A stretch of DNA of 64,000 nt, taken from positions 62,001 to 126,000 of the forward strand of contig JAHDYR010000030.1 in the NCBI GenBank assembly GCA_019828565.1, read 5' to 3'. Shown here one piece after another: positions 31,451 through 42,115 of this stretch. The DNA comes from Carpediemonas membranifera BICM (lineage: Eukaryota; Protista; Fornicata). A model generated the notes under the pieces. That model was given only the letters and a program-made list of their open reading frames with translations. It was not told the DNA's origin and did not search any database. Each line of letters begins with the position of its first letter. The stretch's first letter is position 1. The position numbers were made by a program, and so were the translations under genes.

Positions 31451-33151
31451 ATGAATACTGAGCAGCAGGCACAGCAGTTCTATGAAGAATCTGTGAAGTG
31501 CACATCATTAGTCTGTGGTGACGTACCGTCGCTGCTTGGCGCTGCATACGAACAAGAATTTGGCCGTTTTCCCATTCAAAGAGAAGCTTCTGAGCCAGTT
31601 CTGGACGATATACCGCGTATGCAGAAGCTTGGTACCGATATAAGTGCTCTGCAGCTTCGAGATCCCCGAGCCCGATCATTTCTCACGCAGGCAGCCCGGA
31701 TCCTAGCAACAAACGGCGCTGAAGTCCTTAGTATGAACATCCCGCTCGATCCAGGGCAGGAGCTACCCAACATGCTCCACACCCTCATCCATGGCACTCT
31801 CTGGGCCGTCCTCATGCAGGCTTGCACCGACCCCGACGTCGAGGGTCACGACCCCAAGTCCCAGGGCCGGGAGAGCCCCCCGGTCATGCCTGACATGGCC
31901 ATCTGGTTCCTGTGCAAGAAGACTATGTTCGCTGCCCGCGTTGCCCGGAAGGACGGCCGGTTGACCCGCACTGTGGACGTCGGCGGGGCGCTGGCCTTCT
32001 GCCTCTGCTATTCGGGCCGACTCTTTTGCAACGGCATCCCTTGCTGCACGACTGACCCCGACGCCGCGGACCATATTTATAAGCGGGTGCACGTGCCGCC
32101 CGTCCTCTACCATTGGACCACGGGCCGTGAGGCCATCGCCCTGACAGCCCAGGGTCTATACGGCTGGGGGGAGAACAGGATGGGCAGCCTAGGCGTGGGG
32201 GAGCACACAAACGTTCCCCCGACCCGCCTCACATTCCCGTCTCACCCCGCGATCGCTCAGTTGCTCCGGAGCCCAGCTGCCTGTGCCCTGGGACTCTTCA
32301 TGGGCGACGGCGCCACCATCATCGCCACCCCGGTCGGCGTGATGGCGGCGGGGTCCAACATCGGCGGCCGGCTGGGGGTAGGGACTGACGCCCGCTCGGT
32401 CCCCTGGTTCCAGCACGTCCCCCTGCCCGCTGGCTTCACCCCAACGTCTGCAGTGATCTCACCCACCCGGACAATCCTCAAGGGCGGGACTGACAGCCTT
32501 GTGGCGGGCGACAACAGGGGCAACCAGCTCATGCTCGGGGAGAGTGTCGTCAGCGCCACCACCTTTGCCCAGCCGTCGTTCCCAGTGGACCAGATCTGGG
32601 CGATGAGTGGCTACACAGTCATCCTCAGTGGCCATACCCTATTCTGCACTGGAACCAAGACCCGCCACATGAGCGTGGGGCGGGTGGTGTCGGGCGGCCC
32701 AGGTCTCCCCGCCCAGCTCAACCTGCCCCACCCTGTCAAGGCCGCGGTATTCATCAGCAAGTTCAACGTCGACATATGGGTGCTCGTGCGGGCAGACGGG
32801 CACGGTTCGTACGGGCTGTTCAAGTCCAAGGGCGGGGAAAAAGGGCGCTGGTCTGTCCCATTGTGGATCGGCGAGTGGTCAGTAGAGGGCGAGGTCAGCG
32901 CCGTCCGGGTGAAGTTCGGGGTCTACTGGATCCGGACGGAGGCAGGGTGGCATGAGATCGGCAGCCATTGTCTCGATGGATCGTTCCCGAGATGGTCTAA
33001 CGTCAAGCCGCAGGTATTCACTGACGTCACAGTGCAGGTCATGGGGCTTCGGCCCAAGGAACGCAGCGAGCAGGAGATGCAGGCTATCTTTAAGAGGAGC
33101 GCGCAGTTCGGATTAACTCCGGTGGAGTCCGCCGCTCAGCAGTCGCAATAG
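31451..33151 (+). CDS. RCC1/BLIP-II-like repeat protein
   Basis: LYGWGENRMGSLG, VMAAGSNIGGRLG, VAGDNRGNQL. Confidence 0.75.
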   Translation: MNTEQQAQQFYEESVKCTSLVCGDVPSLLGAAYEQEFGRFPIQREASEPVLDDIPRMQKLGTDISALQLRDPRARSFLTQAARILATNGAEVLSMNIPLDPGQELPNMLHTLIHGTLWAVLMQACTDPDVEGHDPKSQGRESPPVMPDMAIWFLCKKTMFAARVARKDGRLTRTVDVGGALAFCLCYSGRLFCNGIPCCTTDPDAADHIYKRVHVPPVLYHWTTGREAIALTAQGLYGWGENRMGSLGVGEHTNVPPTRLTFPSHPAIAQLLRSPAACALGLFMGDGATIIATPVGVMAAGSNIGGRLGVGTDARSVPWFQHVPLPAGFTPTSAVISPTRTILKGGTDSLVAGDNRGNQLMLGESVVSATTFAQPSFPVDQIWAMSGYTVILSGHTLFCTGTKTRHMSVGRVVSGGPGLPAQLNLPHPVKAAVFISKFNVDIWVLVRADGHGSYGLFKSKGGEKGRWSVPLWIGEWSVEGEVSAVRVKFGVYWIRTEAGWHEIGSHCLDGSFPRWSNVKPQVFTDVTVQVMGLRPKERSEQEMQAIFKRSAQFGLTPVESAAQQSQ

Positions 33152-33294
33152 TTATTCGTTTATCATTTAATATATAGATGGAAGTAAATGCAGCAGTACA
33201 GGTTGCTGTGGGGGTCGACTCCATGTACCAATCAGCCTGATCAATTGACGATTTCATTTTTCCACTCGAAAATCCACTCGAGCGTTGTGGCGGA

Positions 33295-34860
33295 ATGCGC
33301 GAAGACATCGTTTATTCCAGAGATGAATTAGTAGCTTTATTCCAGGAAGTCTCTGTTCCTGACGTATTAGCGGCAAAGAACGAGCTCCAGCTGATGATTA
33401 CGCAACAGTCGCAGGTTCCCGGCGCTGTTGTGCCGCTTGACGGCGGGTTAGAGAAGAAAATGACCCAAAAGCAGCGCAAACTGACCAAGAAGGCGCCTAA
33501 GCCGCGTCTGGAGCGGAAACTGCTTTCCCGCGCACCGGTCCGTCGCACATCGATCACCGAGCAGGAGCAGCCGGCCAAGCCCCGAGCTAATGTCCACCAG
33601 CTGCAGCCCGACGATACTGAGGCTGTTTTCGAGGAGGATCTCTGGGATCTCCCCACTGGCAACAAGATTGTCGAGCTCGACCAACTGCTCCTCGACGTCA
33701 ATTTCGGCACCCACGCCAAGCCCGAGCCCAAGCCCGAGTCCAAGCCCGAGCCGAAGATGGAGGACGAGAGTGCGGCGATGTGGGAGTACAAGGACCCCAG
33801 CAACGTTGTGCACGGGCCTTACCCCACGGGCCAGATCAAGAAGTGGCTGCCACACTTCCCTGCGACGACCCCCATCAGGTGTGTCGGTGACAACGCGTGG
33901 GGCAAGCTGTCGGACAAGTTCGGCAAGAAGGAGGAGTCCAAGCCCGAGCCTACACCTGAGCCCAAGGCCGACCCGGTTCCCCAGCCTAAGCCCGCCCAGC
34001 GCAAGCCTGCCCCTGCCACCGCACCCGCGCAGCCTGCTGCTCCCGTCAAGACCCCTAAGCCCAAGCTAGCACCCCAAGCTCCTCCCCAGGCTCCCCAAAC
34101 TCTTGCTCCCCAGCCCCAGCCCCAGCAGCCGATGCCGCAGTCGCCCCTCCGCCCGGACCCCCGCATGGCACCGGCAGACTGGCAGGCCCCCGGTCGCCTT
34201 GGCCCCATGGGCCCGGAGATGTTCCCCCAGGGCCAGATGATGCCCCGCATGCCCTACCCAGGTATGCAGCCTGTCGGGCCGGACGGCCGGCCTATGGTGT
34301 TCCCCCCATACCCCGGGATGATGCCGATGCCCGTACCCAACCCCACCGGCTCTGCTCCAGTCACCCCCGGCCAGCAGCCTGCCCAGCCCATGCCCATGCC
34401 CTCGCCCGGCAGAGACGGCCAGCCCCAGTGGCCGCAGTATATGCCTAGGGAGCCCGGACCCCGGCCAGCCCAGCCCCAGGCCGGTGGCGCCCCAGCACCG
34501 TGGCTCATGCCCAACAGGCCGGCCCCGCGTGGACTAGGTGAGATCATGCAGCAGGACGTCGCCCAGAAGCAGGCCGCTCCAGCTCCGCAGCAGCATGTGC
34601 CGTCCGGTTGGGGCAAGCCTGCCGCTGCCCCCAAACCCAAGACACTCCGCCAGATCTTCGAGGAGCAAGCGACCCAGAACCGGAAGACCTCTGCCCGCCC
34701 CACTGCGAGTGCCCCGTTGACCCCCATCCGGGGTGGCTGGGCGTCTGTTCCCACTGCCCAGTCGCTGGGAGCAATCATGTCTGAGCAATCTGACGGAGGT
34801 TTCGGGTCGCCCCTTCAGTATCGCGGTGTGACCAAGGCCAAGGCCCAGCGGAAAATGTAA
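33295..34860 (+). CDS. GYF-domain protein (GIGYF/Smy2-like)
   Basis: WEYKDPSNVVHGPY...IKKW..HF, plus an N-terminal YSRDELV fitting the eIF4E-family binding motif YxxxxL-phi. Confidence 0.8.
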   Translation: MREDIVYSRDELVALFQEVSVPDVLAAKNELQLMITQQSQVPGAVVPLDGGLEKKMTQKQRKLTKKAPKPRLERKLLSRAPVRRTSITEQEQPAKPRANVHQLQPDDTEAVFEEDLWDLPTGNKIVELDQLLLDVNFGTHAKPEPKPESKPEPKMEDESAAMWEYKDPSNVVHGPYPTGQIKKWLPHFPATTPIRCVGDNAWGKLSDKFGKKEESKPEPTPEPKADPVPQPKPAQRKPAPATAPAQPAAPVKTPKPKLAPQAPPQAPQTLAPQPQPQQPMPQSPLRPDPRMAPADWQAPGRLGPMGPEMFPQGQMMPRMPYPGMQPVGPDGRPMVFPPYPGMMPMPVPNPTGSAPVTPGQQPAQPMPMPSPGRDGQPQWPQYMPREPGPRPAQPQAGGAPAPWLMPNRPAPRGLGEIMQQDVAQKQAAPAPQQHVPSGWGKPAAAPKPKTLRQIFEEQATQNRKTSARPTASAPLTPIRGGWASVPTAQSLGAIMSEQSDGGFGSPLQYRGVTKAKAQRKM

Positions 34861-34975
34861 GCTTTATAAACGAGGTTGATACGATCGTAGATTCGCTGAT
34901 TCGGGAGATTCGAAATCTCTCGAACCGGAGATGACAAAACACGCAGAAGCCAGGAACTAGAAACTGAAAATACGA

Positions 34976-35479
34976 ATGACAGCATCCAACCGAGCACTAT
35001 ACGGCAACATTCCCTTTCAGGACATCGCAGGAGGTCCTCCCACGTTCTCATCGACGCCGCTGATGAGCGACGGTCCCTCCAAGACCGGTAGCGGCGGCAA
35101 CGCTGCTATGTCGTCTTCCCAGAAGCTACTAGGTACCATCTGGATGGTTGTTCTACACCGCGTGACGATTCTGACGTTCGTCCTCACAGTGCTCATCAGC
35201 TGTGTTGGAGCACCTGTCGTCGGATTCATCCTCGTCGCCCTGTTCAGCAGCGTCCTCATCGCCACCCCCTTGGTCGGCTGCGGCCTTCTCTTCATCATCT
35301 GCGGGTCGACCGAGATTGTCCTTGAACTCCTCCTCGGCCTTGTCCTCAAGCTTGACACATACCGCAGGCGGCGCCCAATCTACGTCATCCTCGGCGGGCT
35401 CCAGGTGATGTTTGGCATCGTTTACACGGTGGTCACCACCATCGTGGGGGCCGCTTTGTTCGTGATATTCAACGTTTAA
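34976..35479 (+). CDS. Small multi-TM protein, tandem family member 1
   Basis: Hydrophobic ORF with GxxE and LQxxxG motifs shared with its neighbours. Confidence 0.75.
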   Translation: MTASNRALYGNIPFQDIAGGPPTFSSTPLMSDGPSKTGSGGNAAMSSSQKLLGTIWMVVLHRVTILTFVLTVLISCVGAPVVGFILVALFSSVLIATPLVGCGLLFIICGSTEIVLELLLGLVLKLDTYRRRRPIYVILGGLQVMFGIVYTVVTTIVGAALFVIFNV

Positions 35480-35606
35480 ACCGATGAATGGCAGAGTGCC
35501 AGATTGATTGCCCAGGCCTGAGCTCGATTACTAAAGTGTGGAAAGATACATAAATTCACTAAATTTCGCTAAATCTCGCTTCAAACTATCACTGACGTTT
35601 CCATCC

Positions 35607-36128
35607 ATGGACGGCAACTACGGATACAACGTACCTTACAACGGTCAATACGGCGAAAACATGGGAAACCAGCTCTATTCCGCCGATGAAGACCAACCAC
35701 CTTCGTTTTCCAAGCCCCTGATGGACACTGAATCTCATCCGCAAAATTCATCTGAACTGACCGCAGAACAGTTGAAGCCCCTCGCCTACCTGATCAACCT
35801 GCACCGCCTCACTATTAGCACGTTCATCTTCATGGCCGGGATGAGTGCGATCATCTCTCCCCTCATTGGTGTCGTCTTCGCCGTACTCACTGGAAGCTAC
35901 CTTCTCGCCTCCCCAATTTTCCTATTCGGCCCGTTGTTTGCCCTGGTCGGTGCTGCTGAGGTCGTGTTGGAGTTCTTCCTTGCTGCCAAGTGGACGCAGG
36001 AGTCCGCCCTCACCCGCCGCCCCTTCTACATCGCACTGGCTGCCCTGCAAATACTGGGAGGCATCGCATACATGGTGGTCATGCCGGTTGTGGTCGCCGT
36101 AGAGTTTATATTGCTCGGCCGCTGGTGA
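35607..36128 (+). CDS. Small multi-TM protein, tandem family member 2
   Basis: GAAEVVLE, LQILGGIAY. Confidence 0.75.
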   Translation: MDGNYGYNVPYNGQYGENMGNQLYSADEDQPPSFSKPLMDTESHPQNSSELTAEQLKPLAYLINLHRLTISTFIFMAGMSAIISPLIGVVFAVLTGSYLLASPIFLFGPLFALVGAAEVVLEFFLAAKWTQESALTRRPFYIALAALQILGGIAYMVVMPVVVAVEFILLGRW

Positions 36129-36316
36129 TGGTCGGGTCGGGGTAAAGTGCTTGAGAACAATTCTTGGCGATCTCTGTCATGTATGAGAAGGAGAGGCTGA
36201 GGTGGTGGTACGCGTCGACTCTGGTCATCATGATATCGTTATGATATTGATACAAATCTTGGGACCGATGGAGATCAAAATCTCGATCCAAACTTCTCTC
36301 ACAACAAAGGCATCAG

Positions 36317-36922
36317 ATGGCATCTCGTCAGGAAAACGCTTATGGCTTTCTTTCTGAGCGCCCCGTGTTAGATGTCAACGCCCCTCTGCTCCATGGTGCC
36401 CCAGCGAGCCAGGCGGCGCCCAATCAGCAATATTCTGGTCAGTACGTCCCTACGGGGCCACCACAGTTCCAATCCGATCCAAATATGCAGGCTATGAAAG
36501 CATATACAGCTATTCATGGCCACATAGACCTTCCGTCCCGCAAGCCCATCGGCTCGGCCCTTACCCGCGTCGTGCAGGTCTGGACAGTCCTGAACGCCGC
36601 CCTCCTCATCCTAGTCATGTTCGCCGGGCTGGTAGTGATCCCGTTTGTGACGTTCTTCTGGTCGATCGACCTGTTCCTCGCCTTCCTCGTCCTCTTCCTC
36701 ATCGGCGCCCCCCTCACCCTTGCCGGTCTGGTCGAGCTGCCACTGGTAATGATCTTGTCATTCTTCGATGGTGCCCGGAAGAGTCATTTCCTGGCCACTG
36801 GCTTCGTGGCGCTCAGCTTTTTCCAGATATCCGGCGGGTTTCTGTGGACCAGCATGGCAATGTTCTCAGCAGGCGTGTTGTACGTTATCAAGATCGTGTT
36901 CCTGATGCTCCTCGTCATGTAG
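36317..36922 (+). CDS. Small multi-TM protein, tandem family member 3
   Basis: GLVELPL, FQISGGFLW. Confidence 0.75.
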   Translation: MASRQENAYGFLSERPVLDVNAPLLHGAPASQAAPNQQYSGQYVPTGPPQFQSDPNMQAMKAYTAIHGHIDLPSRKPIGSALTRVVQVWTVLNAALLILVMFAGLVVIPFVTFFWSIDLFLAFLVLFLIGAPLTLAGLVELPLVMILSFFDGARKSHFLATGFVALSFFQISGGFLWTSMAMFSAGVLYVIKIVFLMLLVM

Positions 36923-37134
36923 GCCTGTGGCGGGGTGGGGAACCTCACGAGGTTGGGTTTGACGTCAAACGAGTAACATAGCGTAACGTAAACAACGGCG
37001 CCTGACTCAGGTCGCACGCTCACTCTGTATCTGGCACACTACCATTGATAGATTCTGTGAGATTTTGGATCCGGGCGAATTCGGAGATTTCGGGTACAAT
37101 CTCCCCGAGAAAGCCTCACATTCATTCAATTCAG

Positions 37135-37725
37135 ATGAGCGCAGACTATAGTTACGGCACGAATAGTAATGCTGGAAAGCTTGATTATAGCTCCGGGATT
37201 CAAGACACAAATCACCTTCAGTACAGCCAGCAACAGCAACCTCCTTCCTACCCCACCAGAGAGCCGCTCATTCAACCCCCGCAGTATGCTACACAGCCTA
37301 TGGGTACATATTCAGCGGTGGGCATGCCTGTAGTCGCTTCCACAAGCGGGTTCCTCTGGGCCACGTTCGCCAACCGCGCCAACCGTGTGATCGCGATGAT
37401 CACCTCGGCCCTATTCATCCTCAGCTGCATTGCTGGCCTGCTGTGGTCCTTCATATTCCTGTTTGCATATGTCCAGGTCATGTTCGTCGGCTTGTTCTTC
37501 GCCGTTCCATTCTTCTTCACAGGGCTGATTGAGCTTATCACCGAGCTCGCGACTGTGTTTATTGCAAGGAAAGACAAGACCTCCAGGGTTCTGGCCCCAG
37601 CGAGCTTGGGGTTGGGACTCTTCCAGCTCACGGGGTCTTTCGTCTACACTGTCGCCATGGCCTGGCTGCTGATCTTCCTGTACTTCGTGTGGTTCTTCGC
37701 CTACATCGCTACGCACACATACTAA
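37135..37725 (+). CDS. Small multi-TM protein, tandem family member 4
   Basis: GLIELITE, FQLTGSFVY. Confidence 0.75.
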   Translation: MSADYSYGTNSNAGKLDYSSGIQDTNHLQYSQQQQPPSYPTREPLIQPPQYATQPMGTYSAVGMPVVASTSGFLWATFANRANRVIAMITSALFILSCIAGLLWSFIFLFAYVQVMFVGLFFAVPFFFTGLIELITELATVFIARKDKTSRVLAPASLGLGLFQLTGSFVYTVAMAWLLIFLYFVWFFAYIATHTY

Positions 37726-37988
37726 GATGGTGCTGAGATAAAGTTTAGATTACTGTCCTGTTTCACCAGTCTTTGAACAACGGCGCGGGTTGGACTGAAC
37801 GAATGAACTTATATGCATGGCTATAGTCGGTAGCGCTACAGTGAGAGCGTCAGTCCTGGTGGTTGGGACGACCTATCAAATTGGCAGTTTGATCGATTCG
37901 GTTGCACGTTGCTGTTCTCGTAAACGAAGAGCTTTTGTGCGCCGCAGACTCCATCATTACTGAATAGTCTAGGTATACGTTGCAAATC

Positions 37989-38990
37989 ATGAAAGTAAGC
38001 GGAAATATGCTCCGGGTCTGTCTCACAATCGGCATAGGGCAGCTGTTATCCCTGAACCTGGCCGGCACGGGCGTCGGCAGCCAAAGTCTATCAGGTATGG
38101 GTCTTCTATTCCCCACTCTCGTTAACTCATCGCTCTATCTCTGTCTGCTGCTCTTCCTCATCCCACGCTTCCTCTTTCAGCGGCGCAAACGACTCTACGG
38201 GAAGTGGTGGCACTATCTAGTGTGCGCTATCCTCGACGTGGAAGCCAATGTGCTTGTTGTGAACGCCTACCGCTACACGACGATCGCCTCTGTGATGTTT
38301 CTCGACTGTTTCTCCACTCCTGCGTCCATGCTTCTGAGTATGATCGTACTCGGCCATCGATACTCTCTCAGCCACATCATAGCAGTGGGGATCGCTGTCC
38401 TTGGCATGGTGGTCCTCATCATGTTCGACGCGGGCAACGCATCCTCCAGCTCCGTGACAGTGTTCGAGCGGGTCGTTGGTGACCTCTGCTGCATCACCGG
38501 CGCCACTCTGTACGCTGTTGCCAACGTCTTCCAGGAGGCGCTGATCAAGGCTCACTCAACCACTGAGTATCTGGGTATGATGGCCCTGTTCGCCGCCCCA
38601 CTTGCACTGGTACAGGCCACATTCGTCGGGGAGGCATGGGCGGCCGTACACGCGACTTGGACCATCCCTGGGGCCCTCGCCTGGCTGCTGTTCCTGCTGT
38701 GCATGGTCATCCAATACTCGGGGGTCCCGCTCCTCCTTCTTCTGTCCAGCGCCGCCTTTATGAACATGAGCTTCCTCTCCAGCGACATATGGGGCCTAGT
38801 GCTCAGTGTAGTCATCTTTCACAACTCGTTTAGTCTCTGGTACCTGTTGTCGGCCGCCCTTGTTTTCGTATCTCTTGGAGTGTTCTCGTGGCGATCGCCC
38901 AAGACCAGGGCTCGGCCGGCCAAGACCAGTGGGGCGGCGTCGCCAGTGAACGATGACGAGGCTAGTTTATTAGGATCGGAGGTTGCTTAG
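37989..38990 (+). CDS. SLC35F1/F2-like (DUF914) transporter
   Basis: DVEANVLVVNAYRYTTIASV, GATLYAVANVFQE, NMSFLSSDIW. Confidence 0.88.
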   Translation: MKVSGNMLRVCLTIGIGQLLSLNLAGTGVGSQSLSGMGLLFPTLVNSSLYLCLLLFLIPRFLFQRRKRLYGKWWHYLVCAILDVEANVLVVNAYRYTTIASVMFLDCFSTPASMLLSMIVLGHRYSLSHIIAVGIAVLGMVVLIMFDAGNASSSSVTVFERVVGDLCCITGATLYAVANVFQEALIKAHSTTEYLGMMALFAAPLALVQATFVGEAWAAVHATWTIPGALAWLLFLLCMVIQYSGVPLLLLLSSAAFMNMSFLSSDIWGLVLSVVIFHNSFSLWYLLSAALVFVSLGVFSWRSPKTRARPAKTSGAASPVNDDEASLLGSEVA

Positions 38991-39042
38991 TTTAGCGAGA
39001 TTTTTACATTTTTAAAACACGGATTGCCTGTCCCGGGATAAT

Positions 39043-39549
39043 TTAATACAACTTGAGTCTACCTGTGATCTGATCCACCTCATCTACCGGCCAGGGCCCA
39101 ATGGCCAACACGGTCTGGCTACCAGCAGGGATCTGGGTCCGGCCGGCGTCAGTGATTATGGTTGCTGGAGCACCGGCTTCGACAGCAAGGTCGAACAGGT
39201 TGTTGAGCTCATCTGCACCGGGCACCTGGAGGGTCACCTTTGTCTGGCCAAACGTCAGCCAGCCAGCAAGGGCGTCTCCCACGTCCGTGTCGCCGTTCAA
39301 AGCACACTTCACAGCCTTACGGTAGACGCCGAGGCATGCATGGCAGCATTGAGCAGCAACCTTGCCCTTATCCATCTTCAGATCCCGGCGGATGACGAGT
39401 ACCATCTTGCAATCATCCCTGGGAGTGAACTGGGACTTGTCGAAGTCCACTTGGTACTTCCGTGGGCGGCCAAAAAGCTTGTATGCCAGAGCAGAGAGGC
39501 AAACACCGACAGTACCTCCAATCGCAAGAGCTTTGACACTGTCGTTCAT
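39043..39549 (-). CDS. PTH2: Peptidyl-tRNA hydrolase 2
   Basis: KMVLVIRRDLKMDKGKVAAQCCHA, DAGRTQI, GP..VDQITGRLKLY; hydrophobic N-terminal anchor. Confidence 0.95.
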   Translation of the reverse strand: MNDSVKALAIGGTVGVCLSALAYKLFGRPRKYQVDFDKSQFTPRDDCKMVLVIRRDLKMDKGKVAAQCCHACLGVYRKAVKCALNGDTDVGDALAGWLTFGQTKVTLQVPGADELNNLFDLAVEAGAPATIITDAGRTQIPAGSQTVLAIGPWPVDEVDQITGRLKLY

Positions 39550-39834
39550 GCTTAGGACTTTGTGAAAACAACGTACTCCTACTCCATCCAGAAGTCCAGG
39601 CGGGGCCTGTGCATGCCGTCTACATGACTTATATCACTCACCAGGACACCACATCGCCAAATTCTGATCTCGCCGGTCCCATCGTTATCAGATCAGAGCG
39701 AAAAAACTAGATGATGCCAGCCAACCTTATTGTCGATGGTATCAAGGTATCCCATTCGGTCGCCCCTTGCCTCTGGAGAGCTCTCCCTGATTTGTCAGAA
39801 TAGACCAGCGACCAGAGGTAGCGACGAACGGGCG

Positions 39835-41974
39835 ATGGATGAATACGAGGAGTTCATCGATCAGTTCAACATAGAGGAGGATCCATACAACATAGAGAAC
39901 TGGGGAGCTATCTTCGCCATGGCCGTCGACGAGGGCACTGGAGTGTGCAAGAAGGCCGTAGACACCGTCCGCAAGCTATACCGCCGCTTTTTCGAGCTCT
40001 ACCCCACATGCGGCCGCAGGTACGAGGCCTACGTCATCTTCGAGGACACCAACGGCAAAGGAATCCGTGCAGTATGTCGATGCCAAGGGCGTCCCCGCCG
40101 AGGATCAGGCGGCCGCTCAGAAAGTGACCGACGGCAGCATCTCGGAGCTCCATGTGAACTCCAACCACGGCTACATCAAGCAGACGCTGGAGAACGCCCT
40201 GCGGCAGTTCTGCAACATCGCTGTGTTTGCCACCTACATAGAATACGTCAAGAACAGGCTCGGGGTCGGCTCCAAGCACAAGGGAAGCAGTGGATATGCC
40301 CGGCTCGGCACGTACGCCCGCGAGGTGCTGGTCGACACGTTCAAGTTCGCGCTGAGTCGCGTGGGCCTGCACCTCGACGCCCAGCCGCTGTGGGCTGACT
40401 ATCTCACGCTCCTCACCAGCGCGGGCATCCCGGAGAAGGACCCCGACACGTTCATCGACGGCGTGCGGCGGGAGTTCTACCGTGCGATCGACACGCCGAT
40501 GAAGGACGTCACTGCGATAATCACGATGCACGCCCGGTGGGAGCGGCGGGATGTCCTCCAGAGGCTCGGCAGCAAGTTCGACCAGATCATCGGCAAGATC
40601 CTGGACGACCGCCTGGAGAGGGGCGAGCAGGCGCGGTACACCGCTCTCGAGCGGCAAAAGCTGTACGTCAAGGCGGCCGGCACGGAGTACCCGCCCAAGC
40701 CCGGCACGGACTGCTCGACCCGCCTGGCCCGGTGGCTGAGCCTCATCGCGTACGAGCAGCGGCGTTACGACCGGGCCGACGCCTACGCCCACCACGCCCG
40801 CACGCTGTTCGCCTTCGAGCAGGCCATCCTAGATCTGTACCGGTCGCCCGAGATCTGGCTCCAGTACATCGCCTACCTGACCGAGGCGACTGTGGTGGAG
40901 TCGAGGGACGGCCTGAGGAGCCGGGCCATCACCCGGGCCTTCGACAGGGCCCTCGTGGCGCTGCCCGACAGCGAGCTGATTGTGACACTGTCCGCGGCGG
41001 ACCAGTTCGAGCAGACCCAGGACTACGCCAAGGCCGACGGCCTCTTTGAATCAATCATCGCGTCGGGGTCGGCCCTCGGCTGGGTCGAGTACCTCAAGTA
41101 CGTCAACAGACGCAAGGGCATCACCGCGGCCAGGGCCCTGTTCGAGACCGCCACCGCCGAGGAGCCCACGGAGGGGGACCCGCCCAGGGCCCCCGTGTCC
41201 GCCTGGCCCGGCCTGTTCCAGACGATGGCCGGGCTGGAGCGGGCGGTGGGTGGGGCAACGGTGGCCAAGGAGCTTGCCGTGTGGAGCAGGGGCCTGGCGA
41301 CGCCCGCTGTGTCGACGGACCTGTTCAAGCAGACTGCGGCGGACGCCATGCTCGAGACGAAGGCGGCCGCGGACTTCCCCGATTTGAGTGATTCAAACCC
41401 CAGGGTGCGAGCGATATTTGCCCTGCGGCAGCGGCTCGAGAGGAACCGCCCCATGGACGAGATCAGGGCTGTCGAGGCGACGCTCGACGACAGCCTGGTC
41501 GCCCTCATAAAGCGGCACTCGGCCGACCCGCTGCTCCCGTGCCCGCCGACACTGGTCGAGGATGTCGCCGACCACAGCATGAGCGACCCCGCCTGGCATT
41601 TCGGGCTACCCGTGACCAACTACAGGCGCTACTACATGGCGCTGCAGACGCCCCCGCTGAAGAAGGGCAACCTGGTTAGGGTTGACGCCGGCGGGCACTC
41701 TGCCGGGGACAACTCGTGGCGGCTGACCTCGGGGAGGGACGCCGCCGCGCTGCTGGACACCGAGCAGGGCTCCGTCGTGCTTCGACTCATTGCCACGCTG
41801 CCGAACATCAAGTCGGCCCCGCAGGAGATTTTTGCGAGGGCGCACGACGTCCTTGACGGGTTCTCCGGCGATGTCTCGACCCACGTGAGCAGGGGCAGCG
41901 GGGGCCGCAGGAGGAAGGCGATGGCGACCCACGCCGGGTCGTATTTCGTGTCGAAGCTGTTCCGGAATAAGTAG
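39835..41974 (+). CDS. HAT-repeat protein, CstF-77/Rna14-like; two frames joined near 40070
   Basis: DPYNIENW..YRRFFELYPT, FEQAILDLYRSPEIW, WVEYLKYVNRRKGITAARALF. The +1 shift is resolved by a GTATGT intron (40072-40108 or 40072-40120) or a 1-nt error. Confidence 0.75.
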
Positions 41975-42115
41975 ACCAGGCCGGGTCGGGTTTATAAATC
42001 TCTCGCGCCATGACATCGTTCTCTCAGCCTAAAGTCCACTGGGTTGAGCTCGGGCCAGCTCGCAGGCCCAGGAGTTGAACCCGCAGGCTTGGCAAGAGCA
42101 GGATCATTCTTTTCC

